Shown here piece by piece: positions 1 to 9,210 of a stretch of DNA of 64,000 nt. The notes beneath the pieces were generated by a model. The model searched no databases and was not told the DNA's origin. It saw only the letters and a list, made by a program, of their open reading frames with translations. A program made the position numbers and the translations under genes. Source of the DNA: Candidatus Kapaibacterium sp. (lineage in GTDB: Bacteria; Bacteroidota; Ignavibacteria; Kapaibacteriales; UBA2268); the NCBI GenBank assembly GCA_963664875.1, contig OY761611.1, positions 3,744,001 to 3,808,000 on the forward strand, read 5' to 3'. Position 1 is the first letter of the stretch; every line of letters begins with the position of its first letter.

Positions 1-284
1 GTGTGGGAAGCAGTATAAACTCCCAAATGGTTTAAAATCCAGATGATTCCTAAACCAATCCAGAAAGCACCATAGCTTGTAAATGCTGCAAAGCCAAAGT
101 TGTTGCCTGTTTTTTGTTCTAACAGACCGGCTATAAATTGTGCTAAACCGCCAAAAATGATACCCATTGCTAATACCGGGCCTAAGCCTAACAAGCCCAA
201 ATTGTGGATTTGTAATAAAAATGTAGTCAGACCAAAGCCTGCCAAACCGACAACAGCAGGGTTGCCCAATTTGATGTTACTCAT
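1..284 (-). CDS. satP: Acetate/succinate uptake transporter, GPR1/FUN34/YaaH (SatP) family; runs off the window edge
   Basis: Not in the ORF track. Manual minus-strand translation from ATG 284 gives [30 protein letters not shown]...[11 protein letters not shown]...[16 protein letters not shown], containing the NPA-x-x-GL and SYGxFW family motifs. AGGAG RBS upstream. Confidence 0.9.
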   Translation of the reverse strand, partial: MSNIKLGNPAVVGLAGFGLTTFLLQIHNLGLLGLGPVLAMGIIFGGLAQFIAGLLEQKTGNNFGFAAFTSYGAFWIGLGIIWILNHLGVYTASH

Positions 285-541
285 CTTGATGAACTCCTAA
301 AAAAGATTGAATGTATGAACTAAATAAAGGTGCATTTGGATAGAATTAAGTGCTTTGAAATTGAGTATTATGAATAATATTCATTGTCGAAACAGAATTA
401 TGCAATTTGACACAATTATAAATGTAATATACAAAAAAGAGCTAGCAAGAATAATTGTCGAATAAATATATTTCGTTCATTATTCATAGAATAGAATTTT
501 TTGAATACTACTTAGTAAACTTTAGTACTGTTTGGAAGTCG

Positions 542-1522
542 CTAAATGCCAGGGATTTTATTTAAAATTTGCAGAGCTGCTTCTACATGGCGATTATCTA
601 CCATAGAAGAGCGTTGCAGCTCCTCCTTGCCAAATAGTTCTTTGGCAGCTGCAAACTGTTTTACCGCAAGGCATGATGAGGCAAGGATAAAGAGCCTTAA
701 TCCTTCAATATTGGTATTATCTGATACGAAATCCGTGTAAAACTTAACATCAGATGGATTGTCTGCAGACAAGGCGAGTTGAGCTAATTTGATACGCACC
801 ATTTCGTTCTGTTCCTGAGTAAGGGAATTGTCTTTAAATAGTTGCGTATAAATAGACTTAGCAGAGTCAAAATCTTTCAGTGCGAAATATGTATTTGCAA
901 GATGAAATTTGACAAAATCATCATTGGGATTGTCCTCTAAGTCTAATTTGAGTAGCTCGAGATTGCGTTTGTATTTGCTTATGCTTTCTTTGTTATAACC
1001 GCTATGTTTAATCAGTATTTTGCTGTCAGCAATTTTAAAACCGGCATTTTCTATAGATGGTCTGATTTGTTCGTGTATTCTACCGGAAAAGTAGAAACGT
1101 TTGTCATTTCTGAATATCCGTGTGTAAGTATGTATCGAACGAGGAGAATTATCATCAGGGCCTAAAATGTTTTCGATATTTACCATTATACCGCCGATTT
1201 CTTCATCTAAAAACAAAAACGAAGAATCATCTATGCTCTGTTTGTCTATCAATTCGTCTGTATCGACACAAATAATCCAATCTGTCCTCATCAGAGAAAT
1301 CGCATAATTGCGAGCTAAGCTGAAACTTGACTGCCAACTGCAAAAATGAACTTCTGCTCCGCATCGGGTTGCAATTTTTGCAGTATCGTCTTCCGAACCT
1401 GTATCAACAACTACAATCTGCTTGCAAAATGTTTGCAAATGAAGTATTAATTTTTCAATTGAGGAAGCAGAGTTTTTTGCAATTATTGCAGCTCCTAAAT
1501 CTATATTCGGACGGATTAGCAT
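542..1522 (-). CDS. GT2 family glycosyltransferase with C-terminal TPR region
   Basis: IIAKN, VVVDTGSEDDT, FSLARNYA, DTDE and IHEQ motifs, followed by a helical TPR-like tail (FHLANTYF). Confidence 0.88.
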   Translation of the reverse strand: MLIRPNIDLGAAIIAKNSASSIEKLILHLQTFCKQIVVVDTGSEDDTAKIATRCGAEVHFCSWQSSFSLARNYAISLMRTDWIICVDTDELIDKQSIDDSSFLFLDEEIGGIMVNIENILGPDDNSPRSIHTYTRIFRNDKRFYFSGRIHEQIRPSIENAGFKIADSKILIKHSGYNKESISKYKRNLELLKLDLEDNPNDDFVKFHLANTYFALKDFDSAKSIYTQLFKDNSLTQEQNEMVRIKLAQLALSADNPSDVKFYTDFVSDNTNIEGLRLFILASSCLAVKQFAAAKELFGKEELQRSSMVDNRHVEAALQILNKIPGI

Positions 1523-1610
1523 ATTAGCCTATAAATATTTAAAACGGATTCAAAACGATTTCGCAGTATATATATACTTTAGATGACAAAAATACGTACA
1601 AAATAGTGCA

Positions 1611-3038
1611 ATGGCAAACCAAATGAAAGTTTCTGAAGTAATTTCTGATATTAGGGGAGTTTCTCCTTCTGTTCTTGCTTTCTTTTTAAGCGAAGGAAGG
1701 TACAAAATACCCAAACACATTCAGTATTTAGAAAGTAAAATTCTTGAATCAATACACTTGGGCAATAGATACCTATGCATCAATATGCCTCCAAGGCATG
1801 GCAAATCAGAATATTTGTCTAAATACCTACCTCTCTGGTTTTTATTTACTTTTCCGCAAAGGAGGATAATCCTTACTTCCTATGAGTCATCATTTGCTGC
1901 GGAGTGGGGACAAAAGGTAAAGCAATTGATAGTTGACAACGAATCAGAGCTCCATATATCCATTAGCAAAGACAACAGGAGTAGTAGCCATTTTGTGCTG
2001 GAAGGCACTTTAGGAAGTATGAGCTGCGTGGGAGCAGGCGGTGCGATTACAGGAAAAGGGGCAGATCTTCTGATAATAGATGACCCGGTCAAAAATGATG
2101 CAGAAGCCAATAGTCCACATCAGAGAGAAATACTCTTTGATTGGTTCAAATCAACTGTTTTCACAAGGATTGAGCCTGGTGGCGTGATGGTGCTGCTGAT
2201 GACAAGATGGCACGAAGACGACTTAACCGGAAGACTGAAACAAAGTTTTTCTTCAGATCCGAATTGGGAGTTTATCACAATACCTGCCATTGCCGAATCA
2301 GATGATTTATTGGGGAGAGAAGCCGGAGATGCACTATGGGAAGAAAGGTTTGATTATGCCAAGCTATTGGAAATTGAGAGGACAATAGGCAAATACTGGT
2401 TTTCGGCTCTATATATGCAAAAGCCAAGCCCATCTGGAGGAGCTTTATTTAATAAGCGTTACTTTAGATATTTTACTTCTTCAGAGTTGCATTATCATTA
2501 TGATGACACAAGAGCATTAAAAGAAAAATGCAAGATATACGCAACTGTGGATTTGGCAATAAGTACCTCCGAGATGGCTGACTACAGCGTTGTGCTGATA
2601 TTTGCAATAAGTGCTGACAAAAAGATTTTTATAGAAGATATTATAAGAGAAAGATTCGAACCGACACATCACTATAAGCTTATAGAATCAGTTTATCACA
2701 AGTATAGACCTGTTTTGATTGGAATAGAGAGTGTGCAGTATCAGATAGCGTTAGTCAAAGAGCTTTCTAATGGTGGCTTTCCTGTCAAAAAACTACTGCC
2801 TCAAAAGGACAAAATCTCACGGGCTTTAAGAGTAATCGCAAAACTCGAATTGGGAGAAATTTACTTCAAAAGAGACGCAAGCTGGCTACAGACTTTTGAA
2901 AATGAACTACTGGAATTTCCAAATTCCAAACACGACGATCAGGTTGATTGCTTAAGTTACATTGTTGATATGATGAATTATTCCGGGAGCTCCATGCCCG
3001 GATTCAGCATTAGAAAGGGGAAATTAGATAAACCCTGA
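1611..3038 (+). CDS. terL: Phage terminase large subunit (Terminase_6-like ATPase plus RNase H-fold nuclease), orphan
   Basis: Walker A MPPRHGKS, Walker B LLIIDD, motif MTRWH, nuclease motifs VDLA..DYS and HDDQVD. Confidence 0.9.
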   Translation: MANQMKVSEVISDIRGVSPSVLAFFLSEGRYKIPKHIQYLESKILESIHLGNRYLCINMPPRHGKSEYLSKYLPLWFLFTFPQRRIILTSYESSFAAEWGQKVKQLIVDNESELHISISKDNRSSSHFVLEGTLGSMSCVGAGGAITGKGADLLIIDDPVKNDAEANSPHQREILFDWFKSTVFTRIEPGGVMVLLMTRWHEDDLTGRLKQSFSSDPNWEFITIPAIAESDDLLGREAGDALWEERFDYAKLLEIERTIGKYWFSALYMQKPSPSGGALFNKRYFRYFTSSELHYHYDDTRALKEKCKIYATVDLAISTSEMADYSVVLIFAISADKKIFIEDIIRERFEPTHHYKLIESVYHKYRPVLIGIESVQYQIALVKELSNGGFPVKKLLPQKDKISRALRVIAKLELGEIYFKRDASWLQTFENELLEFPNSKHDDQVDCLSYIVDMMNYSGSSMPGFSIRKGKLDKP

Positions 3039-3827
3039 TTTGTCATTAGAACTCAAAAATACTTACAAATTCCTTAATGTGCGAAGAAATATTCAATGAG
3101 TAAATGTAAGAAAAACTTACTTATTGAATCATTGAACAAGGGAAAGGTTGCTGAGCTGAGAGTTTATACCTAGCAAAGTCGAGGTAAATCATAACCCTTG
3201 CCAAGAAACAAGATAACGACTTTAATTGGTTTTTAAATGACATTTTCTATCTAACTAATTGTAAGGAAGTAGTTGTTAGAATGAAAGACAACGATATGAA
3301 GAAAATATTTTATTATTTTAAACCATATTGAGTTTATTAGTTAAACGTTGCAGGTGAATAATGTTGGTTAATAAAAATATATTTTCAGACTGAAAGGCTG
3401 ATAGATAATAGCCCATGGCAGCGCCATGGGACGGTTGTAAGTATTGAGTAAACAGAGCCCTGTAAGGGCGGCAAGACTTTCCTTTACAGGTGATATAAAT
3501 AAGAGATTGGTGTTACTTTTTCCATTTCTTTTTCTTTTTTTTGCGATAAAAAAGAAAAAGAAACGGAAACCAAAGAAAAAGAAAAAAGAACGCTTTGTCT
3601 CCTCTCCTCATCTAGTTTTTAAGCGTAAGATGCACATCCAATTAAGGAATTACTGAAAACAAATTTCAATATTATGGAGTGCTGATGCAATATATATAGG
3701 CAATGCACGGACTATTTACTATGATATTATATATATTATTTCGACTAAATGATATTTATAAAGAAAAAAACAGACAAACAGTTAGCTCCTTTTTGCCACA
3801 AACGCAAGTTTGTATTAGGGATTTGGG
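3033..3827 (+). mobile_element. Non-autonomous repeated element, copy A (795 bp), flanked by ATAAA direct repeats
   Basis: Co-linear with 52564-53566 and, inverted and partial, with 11694-12079. ATAAA at 3028-3032 and 3828-3832. Imperfect CCC.../...GGG ends. No transposase. Confidence 0.8.
3137..3200. repeat. Nested palindromic insert in the variable slot of copy A
   Basis: CAAGGG...CCCTTG outer inverted repeat enclosing AAAGGTTGCTGAGC and AGTTTATACCTAGCAAAGTCGAGGTA. Confidence 0.7.
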
Positions 3828-3860
3828 ATAAAGAGTATTAGTGTTTTAGAGTGATTTTTA

Positions 3861-3902
3861 AAAAAAAAGAGTCACAAGACAGACTGTGCTGCAATGTGAC
3901 TC
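3861..3902 (-). terminator. Intrinsic terminator of ilvE
   Basis: GAGTCACA...TGTGACTC stem next to an A-run on the plus strand, which is a U-tract on the minus strand. Confidence 0.6.
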
Positions 3903-3928
3903 AAATATATTAGGGAATATAAGTTAGA

Positions 3929-5002
3929 TTACAAATCTACTCTTACGTTCCAGTTGTGAGTATCTTCGACTTCGCCATATTGGATACCTGTGATAGTATC
4001 GTAGAATTTCTGGCTGATTTCGCCGATTTCATTATTGTTGATTATCATCTCTTGACCGTCATAGTGCAAAACGCCGACAGGGGAGATAACAGCAGCAGTA
4101 CCGGTGCCGAATACTTCTTTCAATTCGCCGGATTTGTGAGCAGCAATGATTTCGTCGATAGTGATCTGACGCTCTGAAACTTTCATACCCATTTCGCGAG
4201 CTAAAGTAAGTACAGAATCACGAGTAACGCCGGCAAGAATTGAAGCCTGCTCCAAAGAAGGAGTGATAAGCTCGTTGCCAATGATAAACATGATATTCAT
4301 AGCACCAACTTCGTCAATAAAAGTACGCTCTACACCATCTAACCAAAGCACCTGAGCAAAACCTTTAGCTTTTGCTACAGTGCCGGCATAAAGAGAAGCA
4401 GCGTAGTTAGCAGCTGTTTTAGCAGAGCCAAGCCCACCTCTTACAGCACGTACATGCTCTTTTTCGACCAAGATTTTTACAGGTTTCAAACCTTCTGCAT
4501 AGTACGAAGCTACAGGAGAAGTCATAACAATTAATTTGTAAGAATCTGAAGCATGAACTCCAAGGAAATTACCATCGCCATAAACAACAGGACGAATGTA
4601 AAGAGAGCAACCTCTTTCGGTAGGAATCCATTTTTGATCAACTTTTACTAACTCTTTGATGCCTTCTACTAAAGTTTCTACATCGTATTCAGGGATGCAG
4701 ACCATTTTAGCAGAGCGGTTCAAACGTTTTGCGTTCATATCAGGACGGAAGATATTTACATGTCCTTCTTTTGTAATAAAAGCTTTAAGGCCTTCGAAGA
4801 TAGACTGTCCATAGTGCAAAGTACACATAGCAGGCTCTACATTCATTGGGCCATAAGGAATAATCTCACCTTCATTCCATTTGCCGTTTTTATATTCAGC
4901 CACAAAGACGTGATCTGAAAAATACTTACCGAAACTAAGATTGTTATAGTCAACTTTAGAGATTCGGTCAGTCTCTACTTTATTGATTTTAAAGTTAGCC
5001 AT
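3929..5002 (-). CDS. ilvE: Branched-chain amino acid aminotransferase
   Basis: LHYGQSIFEGLKA, SLYIRP, AKTAANYA (PLP lysine), EVGAMN, ILAGVTR and GTAAVISPV motifs. Confidence 0.95.
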   Translation of the reverse strand: MANFKINKVETDRISKVDYNNLSFGKYFSDHVFVAEYKNGKWNEGEIIPYGPMNVEPAMCTLHYGQSIFEGLKAFITKEGHVNIFRPDMNAKRLNRSAKMVCIPEYDVETLVEGIKELVKVDQKWIPTERGCSLYIRPVVYGDGNFLGVHASDSYKLIVMTSPVASYYAEGLKPVKILVEKEHVRAVRGGLGSAKTAANYAASLYAGTVAKAKGFAQVLWLDGVERTFIDEVGAMNIMFIIGNELITPSLEQASILAGVTRDSVLTLAREMGMKVSERQITIDEIIAAHKSGELKEVFGTGTAAVISPVGVLHYDGQEMIINNNEIGEISQKFYDTITGIQYGEVEDTHNWNVRVDL

Positions 5003-5121
5003 TACACTTTCCTTTACTTTTTTATTTATCTTGATTCTCTAAATCCTTATTTGGAAAGAATCTTCAATAATCACTGCATATTACGAAAATAGATTGACTT
5101 TCCAAACATTCTATCAGAAGA

Positions 5122-6786
5122 TTAATATTCGTAAGTAGTATTAATATCTCTTGGAATATCTTTAAGAGATTCTATCATCTGATCTATCTCAGGAGTTCGG
5201 ATGCTGTATTTTTCTAAGAATTTTTTAGTGCCTTCGTAGTTCCCTTCTGCCTGTAAAGTTAACACTTCGCGAGCCATTTCGCCGACTTTGTCAAAGAAGA
5301 TAGCCATATCGATTGTGTATTTGCCATCATCCATTTTGATTATGGCGCCTTTTTCGCGTAAGTAATTGAACTGAGCCAAGTTTGCTCTGCCGTGAGCAGA
5401 TACAGTCCCAAATCTAATAGAGCGGAATAAGCCGGGCAAATAAGTAGCTACAACTTTTTTCATATAAGCATCATCTACTAGTTTCATGTCGTAAAGATGC
5501 TTGAAGTTATACATACCAAGAATGTCTGCTTTGTTTTCTTCAATCGGAGAGTATAGCTCTTCGAGTGCTTTTCTAACATCTAAAGACTCGTTGCCGAATA
5601 CTTTACCTCTGCCGAGAGTGTGGGACACTTCATGCAAAGTAACAAAGCTTGTGAAAGCGTTTGCGTCCACATCAGCAAGAAGAGCCGGGTCTAAGATTTT
5701 ATCAGCTATTGGTTTTACTATTTTTTCAAATTTAGCAGTCATCATGTTTTTATACATAGATTTTTTACTGCCCTTTTGAGTATAAACATCAGGATTATTA
5801 GGCAGTGAAGCAGCGATAGTTTTTGTTCCTTTTTGGCAATCACCACCGAAGTAAGCAACATTTACTACTTGTAATATATTAGTAGTCTTGTCGAGTTGCG
5901 TAATATATTTCGGATCAACCGGCAATCTCTTTTGGAATTCGTTGATATTAGATTCAAACATTTCAAGCTCTTTTGATGCCTGCGGATCTTTAACCATTAC
6001 AACTGCTTCAAATGCAGTTTTATAGTTAAAAATTTCGTCTTGGTAGTTTTCGATAGGGCCTAAGACCAAATCTATGTCGTTATTTTTTATATCCATCCAA
6101 GACCAATCTGCTTCAAAATAGTTATCGGTACGCAAAGCAATTGCAAGTTTAGTAAGATGAGTTTTTAAAGACTCATTGTCTGCAAGCGAAGCTGCAGAAT
6201 CTACCAAAGCTGCCATTTTTTCAACTTGCGGATATGCTTTTGAGTAAGGAACTGCAATCAGTTTATCACCATCGCGTTTAACTATTGAATATTGGCTTTC
6301 TAAAGATTCTTTTTGTTCAGGGTGGTTTTCAACATACTTAGTAAACTCTTCTTTGGTCATATCAATCGGGTAGAAGCCTGCTCCAAATGGTCTTCTTTCA
6401 GGTCCTTCGCCGACAAAGCGTTCGTTGCCGTAGATAACGTCATAAGGTCCGTAGTTGATTTTTACATAATCAGCATAAACTTTTGCATCTTCGTCCTTTG
6501 AGGAAAGCAAAGAGTCATAAACTGATTTTGCATCGTGAGCAGACTGCAGCCAGAAAATTTCATCAGCAAGATGACCGGCTTCCGACAATAATTTGACTAT
6601 TTGTTTCTGCTTTTCTGTAAGGTGAGAAATATCAGCCTTGATTGTAACAGGTGCATAAGCATCAATTTTGTGTTGTAACTCTATCATAGCCTGACTCGCT
6701 TCTGCGGGAGTGTTTTCCTGAGTTTCGCCACAAGAGACAGCAAACGCAAGAATAGCAACAGCCCCCAATTTTTTGAATAAGTTCAT
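5122..6786 (-). CDS. Peptidase M49 (DPP III-like) zinc hydrolase lipoprotein
   Basis: Lipobox AVSC, HEVSH zinc motif, EENKAD, FRSIRFG...AHG. Confidence 0.85.
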   Translation of the reverse strand: MNLFKKLGAVAILAFAVSCGETQENTPAEASQAMIELQHKIDAYAPVTIKADISHLTEKQKQIVKLLSEAGHLADEIFWLQSAHDAKSVYDSLLSSKDEDAKVYADYVKINYGPYDVIYGNERFVGEGPERRPFGAGFYPIDMTKEEFTKYVENHPEQKESLESQYSIVKRDGDKLIAVPYSKAYPQVEKMAALVDSAASLADNESLKTHLTKLAIALRTDNYFEADWSWMDIKNNDIDLVLGPIENYQDEIFNYKTAFEAVVMVKDPQASKELEMFESNINEFQKRLPVDPKYITQLDKTTNILQVVNVAYFGGDCQKGTKTIAASLPNNPDVYTQKGSKKSMYKNMMTAKFEKIVKPIADKILDPALLADVDANAFTSFVTLHEVSHTLGRGKVFGNESLDVRKALEELYSPIEENKADILGMYNFKHLYDMKLVDDAYMKKVVATYLPGLFRSIRFGTVSAHGRANLAQFNYLREKGAIIKMDDGKYTIDMAIFFDKVGEMAREVLTLQAEGNYEGTKKFLEKYSIRTPEIDQMIESLKDIPRDINTTYEY

Positions 6787-6975
6787 TAGATACCTTAGTA
6801 AATAGTGTGCAAAAAAATTCTCACTTTATGTCCTAAATTTACAATCAAAAAAGACGGTATGCAAATTTTTTCGGAAACTATTTATTATTTATGCCCGAAA
6901 ATAAAGAAAAAACCACAGATGAGAAATTTCAAATGTGGCTTTTTGCAGAGAATATAAAATTAAGTATATCTTAGC

Positions 6976-7701
6976 TTAGTCTTTCTTTTTTGGGGATGAT
7001 TTTGCTTTGTTGTGATGTCCCCAAACAGAAACGCTAAACACAGGTTGTTCTTCACTGTCTGTTTTCAATCTCAAAGTGCTGGTAAGCCTATCCTCGTTGC
7101 CTGGCGTATAAGTAGCTTCTATATTTATTTTGCCTTTAGGAGGAATTACAGTACCTTTTGTAACATTCACCTGAAGGTTTTCTACTTCTTTTGAGAAAGA
7201 TACATCAGTGATTTTGATAGGTTTGTCTGTCGTATTAGAAACAGTAGTATGTGTAACTGCTAACTGATTAAGTTCCAAATTTCTGAAATTCAAAAATTTC
7301 GGATTAGCAATCAAAGGTTGTTTAACAAAACATTTAAGATAATATCTCGCATTTTCGTTTTTAGGGTCGTTAGTAGCAATTTTTATAGTTTTTGTTACAC
7401 TTCCCTGATAAGTTTTCATATTGAGTTGAACACTCATTTCGGATGTTTCGCCCGGTTTTAGTGTGTCTTTGCTGATAGGAGCAATTGTGCAACCGCAGGT
7501 AGGCTTGACTTCTTTGATAATCAGCACTTGGTTGCCTGCATTTTTGAGCAGAACTTTTGCTTTCAGAGGACTGTCCTTAGGAGTAACTTCTCCCCAGTCA
7601 TAAGTATCTCCCCCGACAAATTCTAATTTTGGCTGAGCAAATGCAGCTATAGCAGCACAAAACAGCAGAACAACACTCCAAGTAAAAAGACCTTTCATCA
7701 T
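6976..7701 (-). CDS. DUF1573-type Ig-like secreted protein
   Basis: Signal peptide, YDWG...NAGNQVLII..V.PTCGCT motif and a second Ig-like domain. Confidence 0.8.
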   Translation of the reverse strand: MMKGLFTWSVVLLFCAAIAAFAQPKLEFVGGDTYDWGEVTPKDSPLKAKVLLKNAGNQVLIIKEVKPTCGCTIAPISKDTLKPGETSEMSVQLNMKTYQGSVTKTIKIATNDPKNENARYYLKCFVKQPLIANPKFLNFRNLELNQLAVTHTTVSNTTDKPIKITDVSFSKEVENLQVNVTKGTVIPPKGKINIEATYTPGNEDRLTSTLRLKTDSEEQPVFSVSVWGHHNKAKSSPKKKD

Positions 7702-7879
7702 ATTTCCCCGAATAATTATACTTATTATTTATACAAAAGTATTAAAAATCTTCACAAATCAAAAATATTAATCTCGCCTAAAAAATTCTTAAACTACTTA
7801 TCCGTAATATAGTATATACAATATACAATATAGATATACTGAAAATCAATAAAAAAGTTTCAATAAAAATTGGTGTAAT

Positions 7880-9037
7880 ATGAGTATAATCGAATTTAAC
7901 GAGATGCAACTGCAAATAAAAGAAATGGCAGGAAAATTTGCCAAAGAATATATAGCTCCTACTGCAATCGAAAGAGACATAAAATCAGAATTCCCCTATG
8001 AGATAATGAAAAAAATGGGAGAGCTCGGCTTTATGGGGATGATGGTGTCGCCTGAGTGGGGTGGAAGCGGTATGGACTACATTAGCTATACTTTGGCTAT
8101 GGAAGAGTTTTCTAAAGCTGATGCCTCTATCGGGATTATTACTTCAGTGCAAAACTCTTTGGTATGTTGGATAATAGAAAAATACGGGACTGAAAGCCAA
8201 AAAGAAAAATATCTCAGACCACTTGCAGAAGGCAGGCATCTTGGATCTTACTGTCTTAGTGAGCCCAATGCCGGCTCTGATGCTCGAGGATTGGAAACCG
8301 GAGCCAAATTAGAGGGCGAGCATTGGATTCTAAACGGAAGTAAAATATGGGTATCAAGCGGCCAGAACGCAGATACATATATTGTATTTGCTCAGACTGA
8401 TGCCGAGCTAAAACACAAAGGCATAGCTGCATTTATCATCGAAAAAGGTACTGAAGGTTTTGTAATCGGCAAAAAAGAAGACAAAATGGGTATGCGTTCC
8501 AGTGATACTGTCGCAATTAGTTTAATGGATGTCCGTATCCCGAAAGAAAACATCATCGGAAATGTAGGCGATGGCTTTTATATTGCAATGAAGGGTTTGA
8601 ACGGAGGAAGGATAGGTATAGCGTCCCAAGCATTAGGTATTGCTCAGGGAGCATACGAAGCAGCAGCAAAATATGCCTGCGAAAGAAAGACAATGGGAGT
8701 TGCTATTATAGAGCATCAGCTTATCCAGCAGAAACTTGCTCAGATGTCAATGAAAATTGATGCCGCAAGACTTATGGTACACAAAGCAGCATATTTGATG
8801 GACAAAGGTGAAACACCTATAAAAGAGGCTTCAGAAGCTAAATTGTTTGCTTCTACAACTGCTGTCGAAGTTACCCGAGAAGCAATACAGATACATGGTG
8901 GATATGGGTACACTCGCGATTATCACGTAGAAAGAATGCATAGAGACGCCAAAGTTACTGAGATATACGAAGGAACTTCAGAAATACAGCATATTGTCAT
9001 TGCAAGAGAAATTATGAAGGAATATGGTTATAAATAA
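7880..9037 (+). CDS. Acyl-CoA dehydrogenase (butyryl/short-chain type)
   Basis: LSEPNAGSD, LNGSKIW, KMGMRSS, GGRIGIA, QIHGGYGY and IYEGTSEIQ motifs. Confidence 0.95.
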   Translation: MSIIEFNEMQLQIKEMAGKFAKEYIAPTAIERDIKSEFPYEIMKKMGELGFMGMMVSPEWGGSGMDYISYTLAMEEFSKADASIGIITSVQNSLVCWIIEKYGTESQKEKYLRPLAEGRHLGSYCLSEPNAGSDARGLETGAKLEGEHWILNGSKIWVSSGQNADTYIVFAQTDAELKHKGIAAFIIEKGTEGFVIGKKEDKMGMRSSDTVAISLMDVRIPKENIIGNVGDGFYIAMKGLNGGRIGIASQALGIAQGAYEAAAKYACERKTMGVAIIEHQLIQQKLAQMSMKIDAARLMVHKAAYLMDKGETPIKEASEAKLFASTTAVEVTREAIQIHGGYGYTRDYHVERMHRDAKVTEIYEGTSEIQHIVIAREIMKEYGYK

Positions 9038-9066
9038 ACATTCTCAAAATAATTAATACCACTTAG

Positions 9067-9097
9067 AAGTCGCATATAAGTATATGCGGCTTTTTTT
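9067..9097 (+). terminator. Intrinsic terminator
   Basis: GTCGCATAT/ATATGCGGC stem followed by a T-run, after the acyl-CoA dehydrogenase gene. Confidence 0.75.
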
Positions 9098-9210
9098 ATT
9101 TGTCTAATTGTCTGAGATATGCTTTTACTATTAAGGATTCGTTAAAAGACTTTTTACTTCTTAATTGGATTTTTGTATTTTTGTCGTATCCACTAAAATT
9201 CAGAATGCTT

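Noticed and set aside
100-300. Plus-strand 66-aa ORF
   Set aside because: It is the antisense shadow of the satP gene on the minus strand.
1611-3827. Prophage
   Set aside because: Only terL is present; the flanking genes are cellular and there is no integrase, structural gene or att site.
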